DNA of 64,000 nucleotides from an uncultured Alphaproteobacteria bacterium (lineage in GTDB: Bacteria > Pseudomonadota > Alphaproteobacteria > RF32 > CAG-239). Shown piece after piece: positions 28,554 to 39,050 of the stretch. The stretch lies in the NCBI GenBank assembly GCA_944391445.1, contig CALXTL010000008.1:10915-74914 (forward strand), in the 5' to 3' direction. The notes beneath the pieces are model-generated. The model was not told where the DNA came from. It did not search any database and saw only the letters and a program-made list of their open reading frames with translations. Numbering within the stretch: the first letter of the stretch is position 1; the number at the start of each line of letters is the position of its first letter. Position numbers and translations under genes: made by a program.

Positions 28554-29952
28554 CGATATAGCCACCGCCGACAGCTTTGTAAAAACTGATTAAATAAGTG
28601 TAAATATTTGCATTGCTGGCAAGATGCGCGTTTTGTGCCTGAAGCAGATTTTGTTGCGCGCTCAGTACTTCATCAAAAGCGGCTAAACCATTTTGATATT
28701 TACGCCCGGTCAGGTCAGCTACCTCCTGCTGTGCCTGCAGCGCTTGTTGCGCCTCACGATTGCGCTTATATTCATTTTCGACATTGACAGCGGCATTTCT
28801 GATTTCCGCGGCGGCATCGAGTATCCCCTGCTTGTATTGCAGCATACTTTGCCGGGTCAGTGATTTTTGCAACCGAACATTATTGACCAACGCGCCCCAA
28901 TGAAAAATCGGCAGATTAAGCCCCGGCGCATAGTTATAGGTATTGCTGCCGCTGCCGATTAATGATGATAAATTTTTTGACTGATAACCCCAAAAAGCAC
29001 TAAGGCTGACATTTGGAAACAGTTTGGCAATTGCCTGCCCGACGGCTGCGTTTTGCGCCATCAGATTATATTCCAAAGCGCGGATATCCGGGCGGTTGCG
29101 AATCACCCCGACAGGTAATTTGTATAAACGCGAGAGATCATAATTCAGCGGCTGCGTTACCAATCCGGTTTCACGATAATCCAGTATAGAATCTATTTCT
29201 CCGGGCAAATGTGCGGTCAGCGTGGCCAAAGAATTGCGCAAAGCGGCTGCGGCAGCCTCCAACTGCGGAATCGTTTCCCGCGTGGTGGTAAGCAAATATT
29301 GCGCTTGTTGCAAAGAAATATCATCACTTAGTCCGGCATCATATTTTTGTTTGGTCAGACTATAGAGAGCGCTTTGCAGCGACTCGTTTTTACGGGCGAT
29401 CTGTATTTGCTCCTGCGTTTGGCGCAGATTGACATAAACCGAAGCAATTTCGGCGGTTAAGCTCAGCTTGACATTTTGCAGATCCGCACTGGCTGCGGCA
29501 AACAAAGCTTTACTTTGTTCCGTCAGCCGCCGGCCGCCTCCCCAGATATCAATCTCCCAGGCGGCATCCAGCCCAAGCTCATAGTAATCGGTTGACAAAG
29601 GGGTACCGCTGTAGGCTCTGGAATCTTTAAGATAATAATATTTTCCGGCGGCATCTGCCGTTGGCAGATATTTGACTTTGTTGATACGCAGATTTTGACG
29701 TGCCTGCCGCAATTTTTCAACAGCGATGTCAACGTCGGCGCTTTGCTTTAAGCCGTCTTCAATCAATTTGTTCAAAACGGAATCATTAAAATCGCGGTAC
29801 CAAAACAATGATATTTTCTTTCCGGTTGATTGTTGATGCAAACTTTTACGAATCCGCTCATTGCTGTAAAAATGCGGCGGCTGATAATCGGGACCGACAC
29901 TGCAGGAAAATATTAATAAGAGACTCATAACTTCTAAAATTTTTTTTATCAT
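28489..29952 (-). CDS. RND efflux outer-membrane factor lipoprotein (NodT/TolC family)
   Basis: Lipobox LLIFS/C followed by SVGPDYQPP, typical of the NodT family. Two TolC-type repeats. YKAVGGG lies near the C-terminus. Confidence 0.88.
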   Translation of the reverse strand: MIKKILEVMSLLLIFSCSVGPDYQPPHFYSNERIRKSLHQQSTGKKISLFWYRDFNDSVLNKLIEDGLKQSADVDIAVEKLRQARQNLRINKVKYLPTADAAGKYYYLKDSRAYSGTPLSTDYYELGLDAAWEIDIWGGGRRLTEQSKALFAAASADLQNVKLSLTAEIASVYVNLRQTQEQIQIARKNESLQSALYSLTKQKYDAGLSDDISLQQAQYLLTTTRETIPQLEAAAAALRNSLATLTAHLPGEIDSILDYRETGLVTQPLNYDLSRLYKLPVGVIRNRPDIRALEYNLMAQNAAVGQAIAKLFPNVSLSAFWGYQSKNLSSLIGSGSNTYNYAPGLNLPIFHWGALVNNVRLQKSLTRQSMLQYKQGILDAAAEIRNAAVNVENEYKRNREAQQALQAQQEVADLTGRKYQNGLAAFDEVLSAQQNLLQAQNAHLASNANIYTYLISFYKAVGGGYIVNDIPDNQTAASDAAGALCKG

Positions 29953-29963
29953 TTCATTCCTCT

Positions 29964-32900
29964 TTATCCGTTTGTCTGACCGCCACTGTCTGCCTGCTCT
30001 GTTTTACCTGGCATTCTGACAGCCGCGCCGCGGGCGTTTTTTTCTTTGATTGTTTCAAACAACGCAAATAATGCGGGAATAAAAATAATGCCGACAAAAG
30101 TGGCGGCAATCATGCCGAAAAAGACGGAAGTGCCGATGGCAATCTGGCTTGAGGCCCCGGCTCCGGTAGCCACGATCATCGGGAAAACGCCCAAGATAAA
30201 CGTCAGCGCAGTCATCAACACGGCGCGAAACCTCTCACCTGCTCCTTTGAGCGAAGCTTCCAAAATTGATGCCCCCGCCTCGCGATAGGCTTTGGTAAAC
30301 TCAACAATTAAAATGGCATTTTTGGCAGCCAGACCAATCAGCATAATCAAGCCGAGCTGTGCATAGATGCTTAGCGGCTGGTTCATCAGGTGTAAACCTC
30401 CCAGAGCGCCCAAAATGGCAAAGACGGTTGAAAACATTACCGCAAAAGCCAACATCCAACTTTCATACAAAGCCACTAAAAACAAATAGCAAAACAGCAG
30501 CGCAAGCGAGATCAAAAATACGGCCAAACCGGATGCCTCGACCTCCTGCAAGCTTAGCCCCGTCCAAGATATCTGATAGTCTTTGGGAAGTATTTGCCTG
30601 CTCAGCCGCCGAACCGAATCAATCGCCGTTCCCGTGCTGACGCCTTCTTTGCTCTGTGCCGTGACAGCCGCTGCAGTATATTGATTGTAGCGGTAGATAA
30701 TTTTCGGTGATAAACTGATTCGGATATCAGCAAAACTTTTGAGCCGTATCATGGCACCGGTTTGTGATCGGATATACATATTTTCGACGTCTTTGATGCT
30801 TTTGCGATAAGGAAAATCTGACTGAATAATCACGTCATTAACCTGATTATTCAACGTAATATTATTTACATAGCGCGAGCCCAAATTGCTCTGCAGTGCG
30901 GCAAACAAATTACTGACCGGAATCTGATAAGATTCGAGTTTGGTACGGTCAATATCCAAATATATATGCGGTGTGTCTGAAGTGAATGTGGAAAACGCAT
31001 AAGCAAAGTTCTGATCCGTATTGAGGCGGGCCAAAAATTTTTCCAAAACGGAATGCAACGCGTCCGGCGCAACAGCGCCGTCGGTGGTTAACAACTCCAT
31101 CGACAAGCCGTTACTTTGTCCTACCCCAGGGATAGAGGGCGGCGCAAAGAAATTGATTTCGGCCGCGTCGATATCGGAAAATGTTTTTATCAGGCTGCCG
31201 GTCAGAGCTTCAATGGACATATCTTTGGCGGTACGCTCTGCCCAAGGCGCCAAACCGACAATACCGAGAGCTACATTTTCACCGCTGCCCCCTAGCAAAC
31301 TGTACCCGGCTACCGAAATAAAGTATTTTATACCATCAATTTTCCGCACACCGTCACTTATCCGACTCAGAACATCATTGGTTTGATTGATTGTGGCGGT
31401 ATCGGGCAATTGAATATTGGCAAAAATAATTCCCTGATCTTCTTCAGGCAGAAAAGAATCGGCCGTTAATTTGAAACCCCAAAAAATGACAAGCATAACC
31501 AGCAAAATTATGGCGGCGGTAATTTTGAGACGCTTAGCAAAAAATCCAACCGCGGCCAAATATTTATCCTTGCAAAATTCAACAGCTCCATTAAACCAGC
31601 GAAAGAAGCCCCGCGCTTCTTCCTGTTTATCATCACGAAGAAAAATGGCACACAAAGCCGGAGAAAGACTTAATGCATTAAATGCCGAAAAAACGATAGC
31701 GGTTGAAATTGTCACCGCAAACTGCTGATATATTTTACCGGTTATGCCGGCCATCAAACCAACGGGAATAAAAATTGACAGCAGGACAAAAGTCGTGGCA
31801 ATAATTGCGCCGGAAATTTGCTGCATTCCCTTGATGCCTGCCGCTTTGGAATCGAGTTTTTCATACTGCATCAGATATTGCACGCGCTCCACCACGATGA
31901 TGGCATCATCCACAACCAGACCAATGGCCAAAATCATGGCAAAAAGCGTCAAAATATTTATGTCGAATCCAAGCAAATAAATTATGGCAAAAGTCGCCAC
32001 TAAAGAGACCGGAATCGTGATCAACGGAATCAACGTTGTTTTGGCACGCTGCAAAAAGACATAAGTGACCAAAACCACCAAAGCAAACGTGATAATCAAT
32101 GTTTCAATAATGCTGGCAATGGACGCTTTAACATAATCTGTCGAATCGTAGCCGATACTCAGCTCAATGTCGGCAGGAAAAGTTTGTTGCAAATCTGCCA
32201 ATTCCTTTTTGACATTTTTCATGATTTCGAGCGAATTAGAATCAGGCAGTTGACTGAGGCCGATGACTACGGCCGGCGCTCCATCAAAATGCGCCTGCAT
32301 GGCATAATTATTTGCACCAAGTTCAACTCTGGCCACATCTTTCAGACGGATGACACCGCCTTCCCTGGTGGTGGTGAGAATAATTTGCTCAAAATCTTCT
32401 ACAGTATTGAGCAGACCTTTGGCGGTTAAAGATAGAACCATCGGCGTGTCTTTGCTGCTCGGCGCCGCACCGATACTGCCGATGGACGCCTGAGTATTTT
32501 GGCTTTCGACGGCAGTCACGACATCGGCACTGCTCAAACCCAATGAAGATAATTTTTGCGGATTGAGCCAAATACGCATACTGTATTGCGGACCATAAAT
32601 CGATACATCGCCAACGCCGGGGATCCTGGCCAAAACATCTTTGACATTGCTGTATGCATAATTGCTCAAATATAAATCATCATAAGTTTGCCCCGGTGAA
32701 CGTAAAACCATCATAGCCAACAAATTTGACGATTGCGTCGTCACATCAACACCTTCCTGCGTAACAGCGGCAGGCAATTGCGACATCACCTGCTGCAGCC
32801 TGTTTTGTACTTTGACCTGAGCAATGTCTTTGTCCGTGCCGACATCGAAGGTGATGGTGAGAGAATATGAACCGTTGTCATCGGAAGAAGAAGACATATA

Positions 32901-33134
32901 GAGCATATCTTCAACACCGTTAATTTTGTTTTCAATCGGCACGGCCACCGTCTCAACCAACACCTGTGCGCTGGCGCCGGGATAAGTGGTGCTGACAACA
33001 ATTTGCGGCGGCGTGATTTCCGGATATTGCGACACCGGTAATACGGCTATGGCCAACAGACCGAGAAGAATCATTATTACGGCGATGACTCCGGCAAAAC
33101 GCGGCTTGTCAATAAAATATTCCGAAAACATCAT
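29964..33134 (-). CDS. RND efflux transporter permease (HAE1/AcrB-like), copy 2
   Basis: 1056 aa and clearly paralogous to copy 1 ([37 protein letters not shown]). Confidence 0.92.
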   Translation of the reverse strand: MMFSEYFIDKPRFAGVIAVIMILLGLLAIAVLPVSQYPEITPPQIVVSTTYPGASAQVLVETVAVPIENKINGVEDMLYMSSSSDDNGSYSLTITFDVGTDKDIAQVKVQNRLQQVMSQLPAAVTQEGVDVTTQSSNLLAMMVLRSPGQTYDDLYLSNYAYSNVKDVLARIPGVGDVSIYGPQYSMRIWLNPQKLSSLGLSSADVVTAVESQNTQASIGSIGAAPSSKDTPMVLSLTAKGLLNTVEDFEQIILTTTREGGVIRLKDVARVELGANNYAMQAHFDGAPAVVIGLSQLPDSNSLEIMKNVKKELADLQQTFPADIELSIGYDSTDYVKASIASIIETLIITFALVVLVTYVFLQRAKTTLIPLITIPVSLVATFAIIYLLGFDINILTLFAMILAIGLVVDDAIIVVERVQYLMQYEKLDSKAAGIKGMQQISGAIIATTFVLLSIFIPVGLMAGITGKIYQQFAVTISTAIVFSAFNALSLSPALCAIFLRDDKQEEARGFFRWFNGAVEFCKDKYLAAVGFFAKRLKITAAIILLVMLVIFWGFKLTADSFLPEEDQGIIFANIQLPDTATINQTNDVLSRISDGVRKIDGIKYFISVAGYSLLGGSGENVALGIVGLAPWAERTAKDMSIEALTGSLIKTFSDIDAAEINFFAPPSIPGVGQSNGLSMELLTTDGAVAPDALHSVLEKFLARLNTDQNFAYAFSTFTSDTPHIYLDIDRTKLESYQIPVSNLFAALQSNLGSRYVNNITLNNQVNDVIIQSDFPYRKSIKDVENMYIRSQTGAMIRLKSFADIRISLSPKIIYRYNQYTAAAVTAQSKEGVSTGTAIDSVRRLSRQILPKDYQISWTGLSLQEVEASGLAVFLISLALLFCYLFLVALYESWMLAFAVMFSTVFAILGALGGLHLMNQPLSIYAQLGLIMLIGLAAKNAILIVEFTKAYREAGASILEASLKGAGERFRAVLMTALTFILGVFPMIVATGAGASSQIAIGTSVFFGMIAATFVGIIFIPALFALFETIKEKNARGAAVRMPGKTEQADSGGQTNG

Positions 33135-34276
33135 TTCTGCTCCTGCGGTGCGGAATTGACAAGCCGGATACGGACTTTTGTCTGCGGCGAAATTGCCGGT
33201 ACTTTATCCACAACCAAATATTCATTTTGCCCGAATTGATTGCCGACAACATAGTCATTCCCGACCATGGTCAGGATATCCAGCTTGATTTTGACCAGTT
33301 TGTTATCTTTGATAATATGAGCAAAAACGCCTTCCGGCGTCAGCGACACATAGTTTTGCGCAATGACAAACGCATCTTTATATTCTTTTTCAAGCAAAAC
33401 ATCGACATAAGCATTGGCGACTAATTTTTTGTCGGGATTTTTGAAATCCGCATATACGGCAATGGCATTGGTTGCATTATCCAGACGATTATCCGTAAAA
33501 CGGAAAATGCCGGTTTCCGGATATAATTCGCCACTGGCCAGTCGTACTCGGATTTTTTGTCCGGAAAGCAACGGCTCGGCCGAAGAAAGCAATTGCAGAT
33601 ATTCTTTGTCGCTGATGGAAAAAACAACGCGAATCGGATCATACTGCACAATTGACAACAATGCGCCGGCACCGGGCGCTACATAATTTCCCGGTGTCAA
33701 GGCAACATTGCCGATTGTCCCGTCAATAGAAGCCTGCAACAGCGTATAATCCAGCATCACCTTGGCCTTGGCTGTATCCGCCTTGGCTGCGGCATAAGCT
33801 GCCTCTGCGTTAAGATACTGCGCTTTGGCGTTGTCAAACTCTGTTTTGGAAACAGCTTTCGGACCGGCTTTTTTAATCCGCTCAAAATAAACAGACGCAT
33901 TGGCATAATCCGCCTGCGCCTGGTTTTGCGCTGCGACCGCCGCATCATAGGCCGCTTTGTATTCGCGTTGGTCGATCATCAGCAAATTATCTCCGATTTT
34001 GACATCCTGCCCGCCCTCGACCCAGATTTTGGAGATATAACCGCTGACATTGGGCTCCAAAGATACCTGATGAATCGGGACAACATAGCCGATATAACCG
34101 GTGGAAGATGTTATATTTTTTTTCGAGAGCCGGACAGCTTTTAATTCAAGAGCAGCACCGGCCGGCGGCACAGCCGAACTGGCCGGCTCCATTTTTGCGC
34201 CATAAAATGCCAAAATAGCCGCGACGCTCAACCCTGCCCACAGGCCGCGTTTTTTTGCCTTAAATTTTTCAGCCAT
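33131..34276 (-). CDS. RND efflux periplasmic adaptor (MFP), copy 2
   Basis: MFP pattern. The stop overlaps the RND start (ATGATG/TGA). I place the start at ATG 34276, which has GGGAGAAAG upstream. The longest ORF reaches 34330. Confidence 0.85.
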   Translation of the reverse strand: MAEKFKAKKRGLWAGLSVAAILAFYGAKMEPASSAVPPAGAALELKAVRLSKKNITSSTGYIGYVVPIHQVSLEPNVSGYISKIWVEGGQDVKIGDNLLMIDQREYKAAYDAAVAAQNQAQADYANASVYFERIKKAGPKAVSKTEFDNAKAQYLNAEAAYAAAKADTAKAKVMLDYTLLQASIDGTIGNVALTPGNYVAPGAGALLSIVQYDPIRVVFSISDKEYLQLLSSAEPLLSGQKIRVRLASGELYPETGIFRFTDNRLDNATNAIAVYADFKNPDKKLVANAYVDVLLEKEYKDAFVIAQNYVSLTPEGVFAHIIKDNKLVKIKLDILTMVGNDYVVGNQFGQNEYLVVDKVPAISPQTKVRIRLVNSAPQEQK

Positions 34277-34463
34277 CTTTCTTTCTCCCTCAAGGTGCGC
34301 TTTGCCATTTAAATAATCGGCCGACGACATAATTCAACTCAGCTAATGCAAGGGAAATTTTGTTTATTGCGTAAGAAATTTTCTTGGCGAACAGCAAAAA
34401 ATGTTGTATCTTGCAGCTAATATGGCGGTTTGTGCAAAAAAATATAAGATTTAAGGAACAGAT

Positions 34464-35621
34464 ATGCTCAACAGTAAGAAAAAACAGCCCGTTGTTTTGC
34501 AAGTTCTGCCTGAATTGGCTCACGGCGGTGTTGAAGCCGGCACGGTTGAGATTGCCCTTGAACTGCAAGCCAGGGGCATTAAAAACTTTGTTGCTTCAAA
34601 AGGCGGAAGACTGGTTTATGAACTTGAAAAAGCGAACGTACCGCATTTTATGCTTGATCTTAAAACAAAAAATCCGATCAAACTTTATTTGAACTCCAAA
34701 AAACTTGAAAAGATTATTAAAGACAACGGCGTAAATATTGTTCATGCAAGGTCCAGGGCACCGGCCTGGAGCGCTTATTGGGCGGCCAAACGGGCCGGCG
34801 TTCATTTTATGACGACATTTCATGGAACCTATGGTCTCGGCCCGTTGGGTATCAAAAAACTTTATAACCGGGTCATGACTTTTGGCGAGATTGTTATTGC
34901 CATTTCCGAGCATATCAAAAAGCATATGCTGCAACATTATAAAGTCGATGAAGGCAAAATCCGCCTGATTCACCGCTGTGTTAACGTTGAACGCTTTGCG
35001 CCGAAGGCCGTCAGTCAGGAAAGAATTATTGCCGCAATCAAAGACAATAATCTTCCCGAAGACAAACCGATTGTTTCTTTGATCGGGCGCGTTACTCACT
35101 GGAAGGGGCAGCATAAACTGATTGAGGCTTTGACCAAAACCAAACACACCAATTTTCACTGTCTGATTGTCGGTTCCGATCAAGGACGCACCTCTTATAC
35201 CGATTCTTTGCGCGCACTGGCCAAAAAGCTCGGCGTCATTGACCGGGTTCAATTCATTGGCCATAGTTTTGACATCCCGGCTCTGCTGATGGTTTCAGAC
35301 ATTGTTTTATCAACAGCTATTGAACCGGAAGCTTTCGGACGCGCTGCCATTGAAGGTCAGGCTATGGGCAAAATCGTGATTGCCTCAAATATCGGCGGCT
35401 CGCTTGAAAACACGATTGACGGCGTTACCGGCAAACTTTATGAGGCTCAGGACAGCCAAGCCTTGGCCGATGCAATCGACTGGGCGCTTGACCTGCCGGA
35501 AAATGAAAAGGCAAAAATAGGCAAAGCGGCCATAAAAAATGTAAAAGACAACTTCACAAAACAGAAGATGTGTGATAAAACTGTCGCTGTTTATGAGGAA
35601 ATCCTCGGCAACACTAAATAA
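34464..35621 (+). CDS. Glycosyltransferase family 4 (GT-B, RfaG/WcaL-like)
   Basis: VLPELAHGGVE N-terminal motif and the C-terminal EPEAFGRAAIEGQAMGKIVIASNIGG (E-x7-E region). Confidence 0.8.
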   Translation: MLNSKKKQPVVLQVLPELAHGGVEAGTVEIALELQARGIKNFVASKGGRLVYELEKANVPHFMLDLKTKNPIKLYLNSKKLEKIIKDNGVNIVHARSRAPAWSAYWAAKRAGVHFMTTFHGTYGLGPLGIKKLYNRVMTFGEIVIAISEHIKKHMLQHYKVDEGKIRLIHRCVNVERFAPKAVSQERIIAAIKDNNLPEDKPIVSLIGRVTHWKGQHKLIEALTKTKHTNFHCLIVGSDQGRTSYTDSLRALAKKLGVIDRVQFIGHSFDIPALLMVSDIVLSTAIEPEAFGRAAIEGQAMGKIVIASNIGGSLENTIDGVTGKLYEAQDSQALADAIDWALDLPENEKAKIGKAAIKNVKDNFTKQKMCDKTVAVYEEILGNTK

Positions 35622-35752
35622 ACAAGTTTTCGACGGCGTTTGGTTTGGTTATTTTCAGTCACGCCGCCGCGGGTTTTTGTCTTTAAAATCCGAACTTCTG
35701 ACTTTAGGAAAATAGCAAGACTTTAATGTGATTTGAAACAAGGAATTTTAAT

Positions 35753-37684
35753 ATGGTTGCGATTAAATTGCCAGATGGAAGCATTCTGGATATGGAAAGC
35801 GGCGTCAACGGGTTTGACATTGCCGCCAAGATCAGTTTATCTCTTGCTAAGGCCGCTGTGGCCATCACCGTCAACGGCACAACCCAGGATCTGAGCACAC
35901 CTATTACCGCCGACGCAACCGTGACTATTATCACCGGCAAAGATAAAGAAGGCCTGCACATCATCCGCCACAGTTGTTCGCATGTTATGGCTGAAGCCGT
36001 TAAAGAGCTGTGGAACGATGTGCAAGTTACAATCGGCCCGGCGATTGAAAATGGTTTTTATTATGATTTTGCGCGTCAAGAACCGTTTACAACCGACGAC
36101 TTTGCCAAAATTGAGGCCAAAATGCACGAAATCGTCAAGCGTGACGAAAAAGTCGAACGGCTTGTCATGCCGCGCAATGAAGCCATCAAATATTTTAAGG
36201 ATATGGGTGAAAATTATAAAGCCGAAATCATAGAAGATTTGCCTGAATCCGAAGTTATTTCGCTGTATCGGCAGGGTAATTTTACCGATTTGTGCCGCGG
36301 GCCGCACGTCCCCTCTACCGGAAAAATCGGCGATGCTTTCAAATTGATGAAAGTTGCCGGCGCATATTGGCGGGGCGATTCAAGCCGGGAAATGCTGCAA
36401 CGTATTTATGCAACTGCCTGGGCTTCCAAAAAAGACCTTGACGATTATCTGAAGATGCTGGAAGAAGCCGAAAAACGCGATCACCGCAAAATCGGCAAAG
36501 AAATGGATTTGTTTCATTTTGAGCCAGAATATGCTCCGGGCGCCGTCTTTTGGCATGATAAAGGTTATAAAATATACCGCAAGTTGATTGAGTATATGCG
36601 CAAACGTCAGGAAAACAACGGTTATTTTGAAATTGCCACGCCGCGTATTATGGATCGTTGCTTGTGGGAGATTTCCGGCCACTGGGATAAATATGGCGCG
36701 CATAACTACTCGGGCAAGACAGAAGATGAGAAGATGTTTTGCGTCAAACCGATGAACTGTCCCGGCGGCTTGCTGGTCTATAAGCAAGGGGTTAAGTCGT
36801 ATCGCGATTTGCCTCTCAGGATGGCCGAATTCGGCATGGTTAATCGCTATGAAGCTTCCGGCTCGCTGATGGGATTGATGCGCGTGCGCGAATTTACCCA
36901 AGACGATGCGCATATTTTCTGCACCCCCGAGCAGATGGAAGAAGAGTGCATTACCACGTTGAAATTGATTTTGGACATTTATAAAGACTTTGGTTTTAAT
37001 GATGTTAAAATTTATTTATCAACACGTCCGGACAGCATTTATCGTATCGGCTCCGATGAGATTTGGGATATTTGTGAGAATGCACTGGCCAATGCTCTTG
37101 AGAGCCATGGCTACAAATATGAGATCAATGCCGGTGAAGGCGCTTTCTATGGGCCGAAATTGGAATTTATTCTCAAAGACGCCATTGGTCGCGAGTGGCA
37201 GTGCGGCACTATTCAGGTTGATATGAATCTGCCGCAGCGTTTTGACATTTCCTATATCGGCGAGGACGGCGAAAAGCATCAGCCGGTTATGCTGCACCGT
37301 GCGTTGTTTGGCTCAATTGAGCGTTTTCTCGGCATTTTGATTGAAAACCATGCCGGAAAATTGCCGTTGTGGCTGTCTCCCGAACCGGTTGTTGTTTGTC
37401 CGATTATCAGTGAGATTAACGGCTATGCCGAAGAAATCACCCAAAAATTGCGCGCTGCCGGATTATATGCCCGAGCGGATTTACGCAATGAAAAAATTAC
37501 CTACAAAATCCGAGAATTGTCGGTTCAAAAAGTTCCGGTAATTGCGGTTGTCGGCGCCAAGGAAAAAGAAAACGGCACGGTGACAATTCGTCGTCTTGGT
37601 TCTGAAAAACAAGAAACCATGAAGGTTGATGACTTTGTTGCCGCCATGGTCAAAGAAACGACTATGCCGAGTATGGACAGATAG
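35753..37684 (+). CDS. thrS: Threonine--tRNA ligase
   Basis: 643 aa. TGS domain (IKLPDGS), editing-domain HSCSHVMA, class II motifs FRGPHV.., RVREFTQDDAHIF and GAFYGPKLEF, and an anticodon-binding C-terminus. Confidence 0.95.
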   Translation: MVAIKLPDGSILDMESGVNGFDIAAKISLSLAKAAVAITVNGTTQDLSTPITADATVTIITGKDKEGLHIIRHSCSHVMAEAVKELWNDVQVTIGPAIENGFYYDFARQEPFTTDDFAKIEAKMHEIVKRDEKVERLVMPRNEAIKYFKDMGENYKAEIIEDLPESEVISLYRQGNFTDLCRGPHVPSTGKIGDAFKLMKVAGAYWRGDSSREMLQRIYATAWASKKDLDDYLKMLEEAEKRDHRKIGKEMDLFHFEPEYAPGAVFWHDKGYKIYRKLIEYMRKRQENNGYFEIATPRIMDRCLWEISGHWDKYGAHNYSGKTEDEKMFCVKPMNCPGGLLVYKQGVKSYRDLPLRMAEFGMVNRYEASGSLMGLMRVREFTQDDAHIFCTPEQMEEECITTLKLILDIYKDFGFNDVKIYLSTRPDSIYRIGSDEIWDICENALANALESHGYKYEINAGEGAFYGPKLEFILKDAIGREWQCGTIQVDMNLPQRFDISYIGEDGEKHQPVMLHRALFGSIERFLGILIENHAGKLPLWLSPEPVVVCPIISEINGYAEEITQKLRAAGLYARADLRNEKITYKIRELSVQKVPVIAVVGAKEKENGTVTIRRLGSEKQETMKVDDFVAAMVKETTMPSMDR

Positions 37685-37705
37685 ACGCCTGTTCTACGCT
37701 TAATA

Positions 37706-37738
37706 AACCCGCAAAGTTGTATACTCTGCGGGTTTTTC
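37706..37738 (+). terminator. thrS rho-independent terminator
   Basis: acccgca...tgcgggt stem followed by T5, 22 nt after the thrS stop. Confidence 0.65.
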
Positions 37739-37766
37739 TTGCAATTTATATTTTTTATCCTAAACT
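37739..37766 (+). promoter_or_regulatory. Candidate sigma70 promoter driving the structured RNA/leader
   Basis: TTGCAA (37739-44), a 16-nt spacer, then TAAACT (37761-66). Confidence 0.4.
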
Positions 37767-37772
37767 GCCATT

Positions 37773-37978
37773 GTACCCTGTGGTACGGAGACTACAAAAT
37801 CTCCCTGTCTAGTACGGTGTTGATATAGCACCGATAATAACTATATCCCCGACACTCTTCGGTCGGGGAGCTTTCAGCGTATGTCCAAGGCTTTGCCCAA
37901 AGGCTGAAAGGATCATTTTACTAGACATGATTTTTGTACTCCCCGGCCACCTTAAGTCCTAAGGCGGCCTTGTTTTTT
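37773..37978 (+). ncRNA. Candidate ~200-nt structured RNA: riboswitch-like leader of the downstream lipoprotein gene, or an independent sRNA
   Basis: It has its own promoter. A nested long-range helix forms from 37787-37801/37929-37942 plus 37806-37814/37919-37927. Three internal hairpins: cggtg/caccg, ccccgac/gtcgggg, ctttcagc/gctgaaag. A terminal hairpin ggccacc/ggcggcc plus T6 ends 21 nt before the next ATG. Confidence 0.45.
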
Positions 37979-37998
37979 GAACTTATGGAGAAAAAATC

Positions 37999-38403
37999 AT
38001 GCAAAAATTCTGTTTATTTCTGGTTGCCATCTGTTTGGCATCGTGCACCACGCTTACCAGGCAGGAGCAAAACACCCTACGTAATCTCAAAGCACAAGGT
38101 GTCACCGTAGACAAGCCTGTCGGCAGTTTTGAAACGCCGGCAAACCCCGGTGCGGCCGGAGCACTCAATCTCCTACCCGGCATTGGCAATTTTTATCTGG
38201 CCAGCGGCAACGGCGGAGACAGTTCTCACTGGCTTTACGGAACCTTAAATCTTTTGACTTGACCAATATCTATTTTGTGGGGAATCCCTGAGGCTGCTAT
38301 TGACGCCAACCGCATTAATGAGCGAGAACTCATTTACTATTATCAATACGACCGTCAAGGACAAAAAGAACTTGCAGAAGCAGGAAAAACTCTGGAAAAT
38401 TAG
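37999..38403 (+). pseudogene. Small lipoprotein/membrane protein gene interrupted by one in-frame TGA (38260-38262)
   Basis: Lipobox ICLAS/C. The 87-aa ORF stops at TGA, but the same frame stays open for 46 more codons (PISILWGIPEAAIDANRINERELIYYYQY...) to TAG 38401-38403. The terminator follows directly. TGG (Trp) would read LLTWPISILWG. Confidence 0.55.
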
Positions 38404-38404
38404 C

Positions 38405-38445
38405 ATAAAAAAACAACCCCGATTTTACTCGGGGTTGTTTTTTTA
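38405..38445. terminator. Bidirectional terminator (lipoprotein gene / mlaC)
   Basis: An A7 run, stem caaccccg / cggggttg, then a T7 run. Confidence 0.7.
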
Positions 38446-39039
38446 TATTTTGCTTTTCAGATTAGCTATCAGGGCATCGATGCCGCCGGGATTATTTTTG
38501 ATAAACGCCGTATATTCATTGCGGGCGGTAATGGCCAGGCTGACATTCTCGATAACAATGTCAACAATCTTATACTGACCGTTTTTCTCACGGACGCGCC
38601 ACAACACCTTTGCGGGTTCTCCCTGATCCATCGGCACAACAGAATTGACAAATACCTGGCCTTTGGAAGTTGACGGAGATGAGCCCTTAAAAATAAAATC
38701 TTTGCCTTTGAATTCATCAAAACGTTTTGACCAAGTACTGATGTTGAGCTGGCGATATACTGTGATGAAGTCTTTGCGTTGCTGCGGTGTGGCAACCCGC
38801 CAGTTGCGCCCCAGCACAAACTGGCCGATAAAGTCAAGATCCAGCGCCCGATTAAACAATTCGGCAAAACGCTGATCTTTTTCCGCTTGCGAAACATCGG
38901 CATTGATGATTTTCTCAATCCCTTCGGTGGTGACATCTTTGACAAAGGTTTCGGCTTTGGCGGCATCGATTTCAGCACGGGCATTGCCTGCACACAGAAC
39001 CATCACGGCAAATAACAATTTTATAAACTTTTTGTTCAT
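38443..39039 (-). CDS. mlaC: Phospholipid-binding periplasmic protein MlaC (Ttg2D/toluene-tolerance family)
   Basis: Signal peptide ending in ARA/E. LDFIGQFVLGRNWR and WRV....G.YKIVDI..E.VSL are typical MlaC motifs. Confidence 0.8.
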   Translation of the reverse strand: MNKKFIKLLFAVMVLCAGNARAEIDAAKAETFVKDVTTEGIEKIINADVSQAEKDQRFAELFNRALDLDFIGQFVLGRNWRVATPQQRKDFITVYRQLNISTWSKRFDEFKGKDFIFKGSSPSTSKGQVFVNSVVPMDQGEPAKVLWRVREKNGQYKIVDIVIENVSLAITARNEYTAFIKNNPGGIDALIANLKSKI

Positions 39040-39050
39040 TTTTCTTTCTC

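Noticed and set aside
37773-37978. The structured RNA might be 6S RNA, SRP (4.5S) RNA, a tmRNA piece or RNase P RNA.
   Set aside because: There is no rod with a central bubble (the core is multi-hairpin), no SRP domain IV motif, no T-arm (GGTTCGA) or tag ORF, and no RNase P GGAAAGTCCGG core. Its position abutting the next gene favours a leader.
38260-38262. TGA read as Trp (genetic code 4) or as selenocysteine.
   Set aside because: TGA terminates other well-defined genes in the window and no other gene needs internal TGA decoding. I saw no SECIS-like hairpin immediately downstream, and Trp rather than Cys fits the context.
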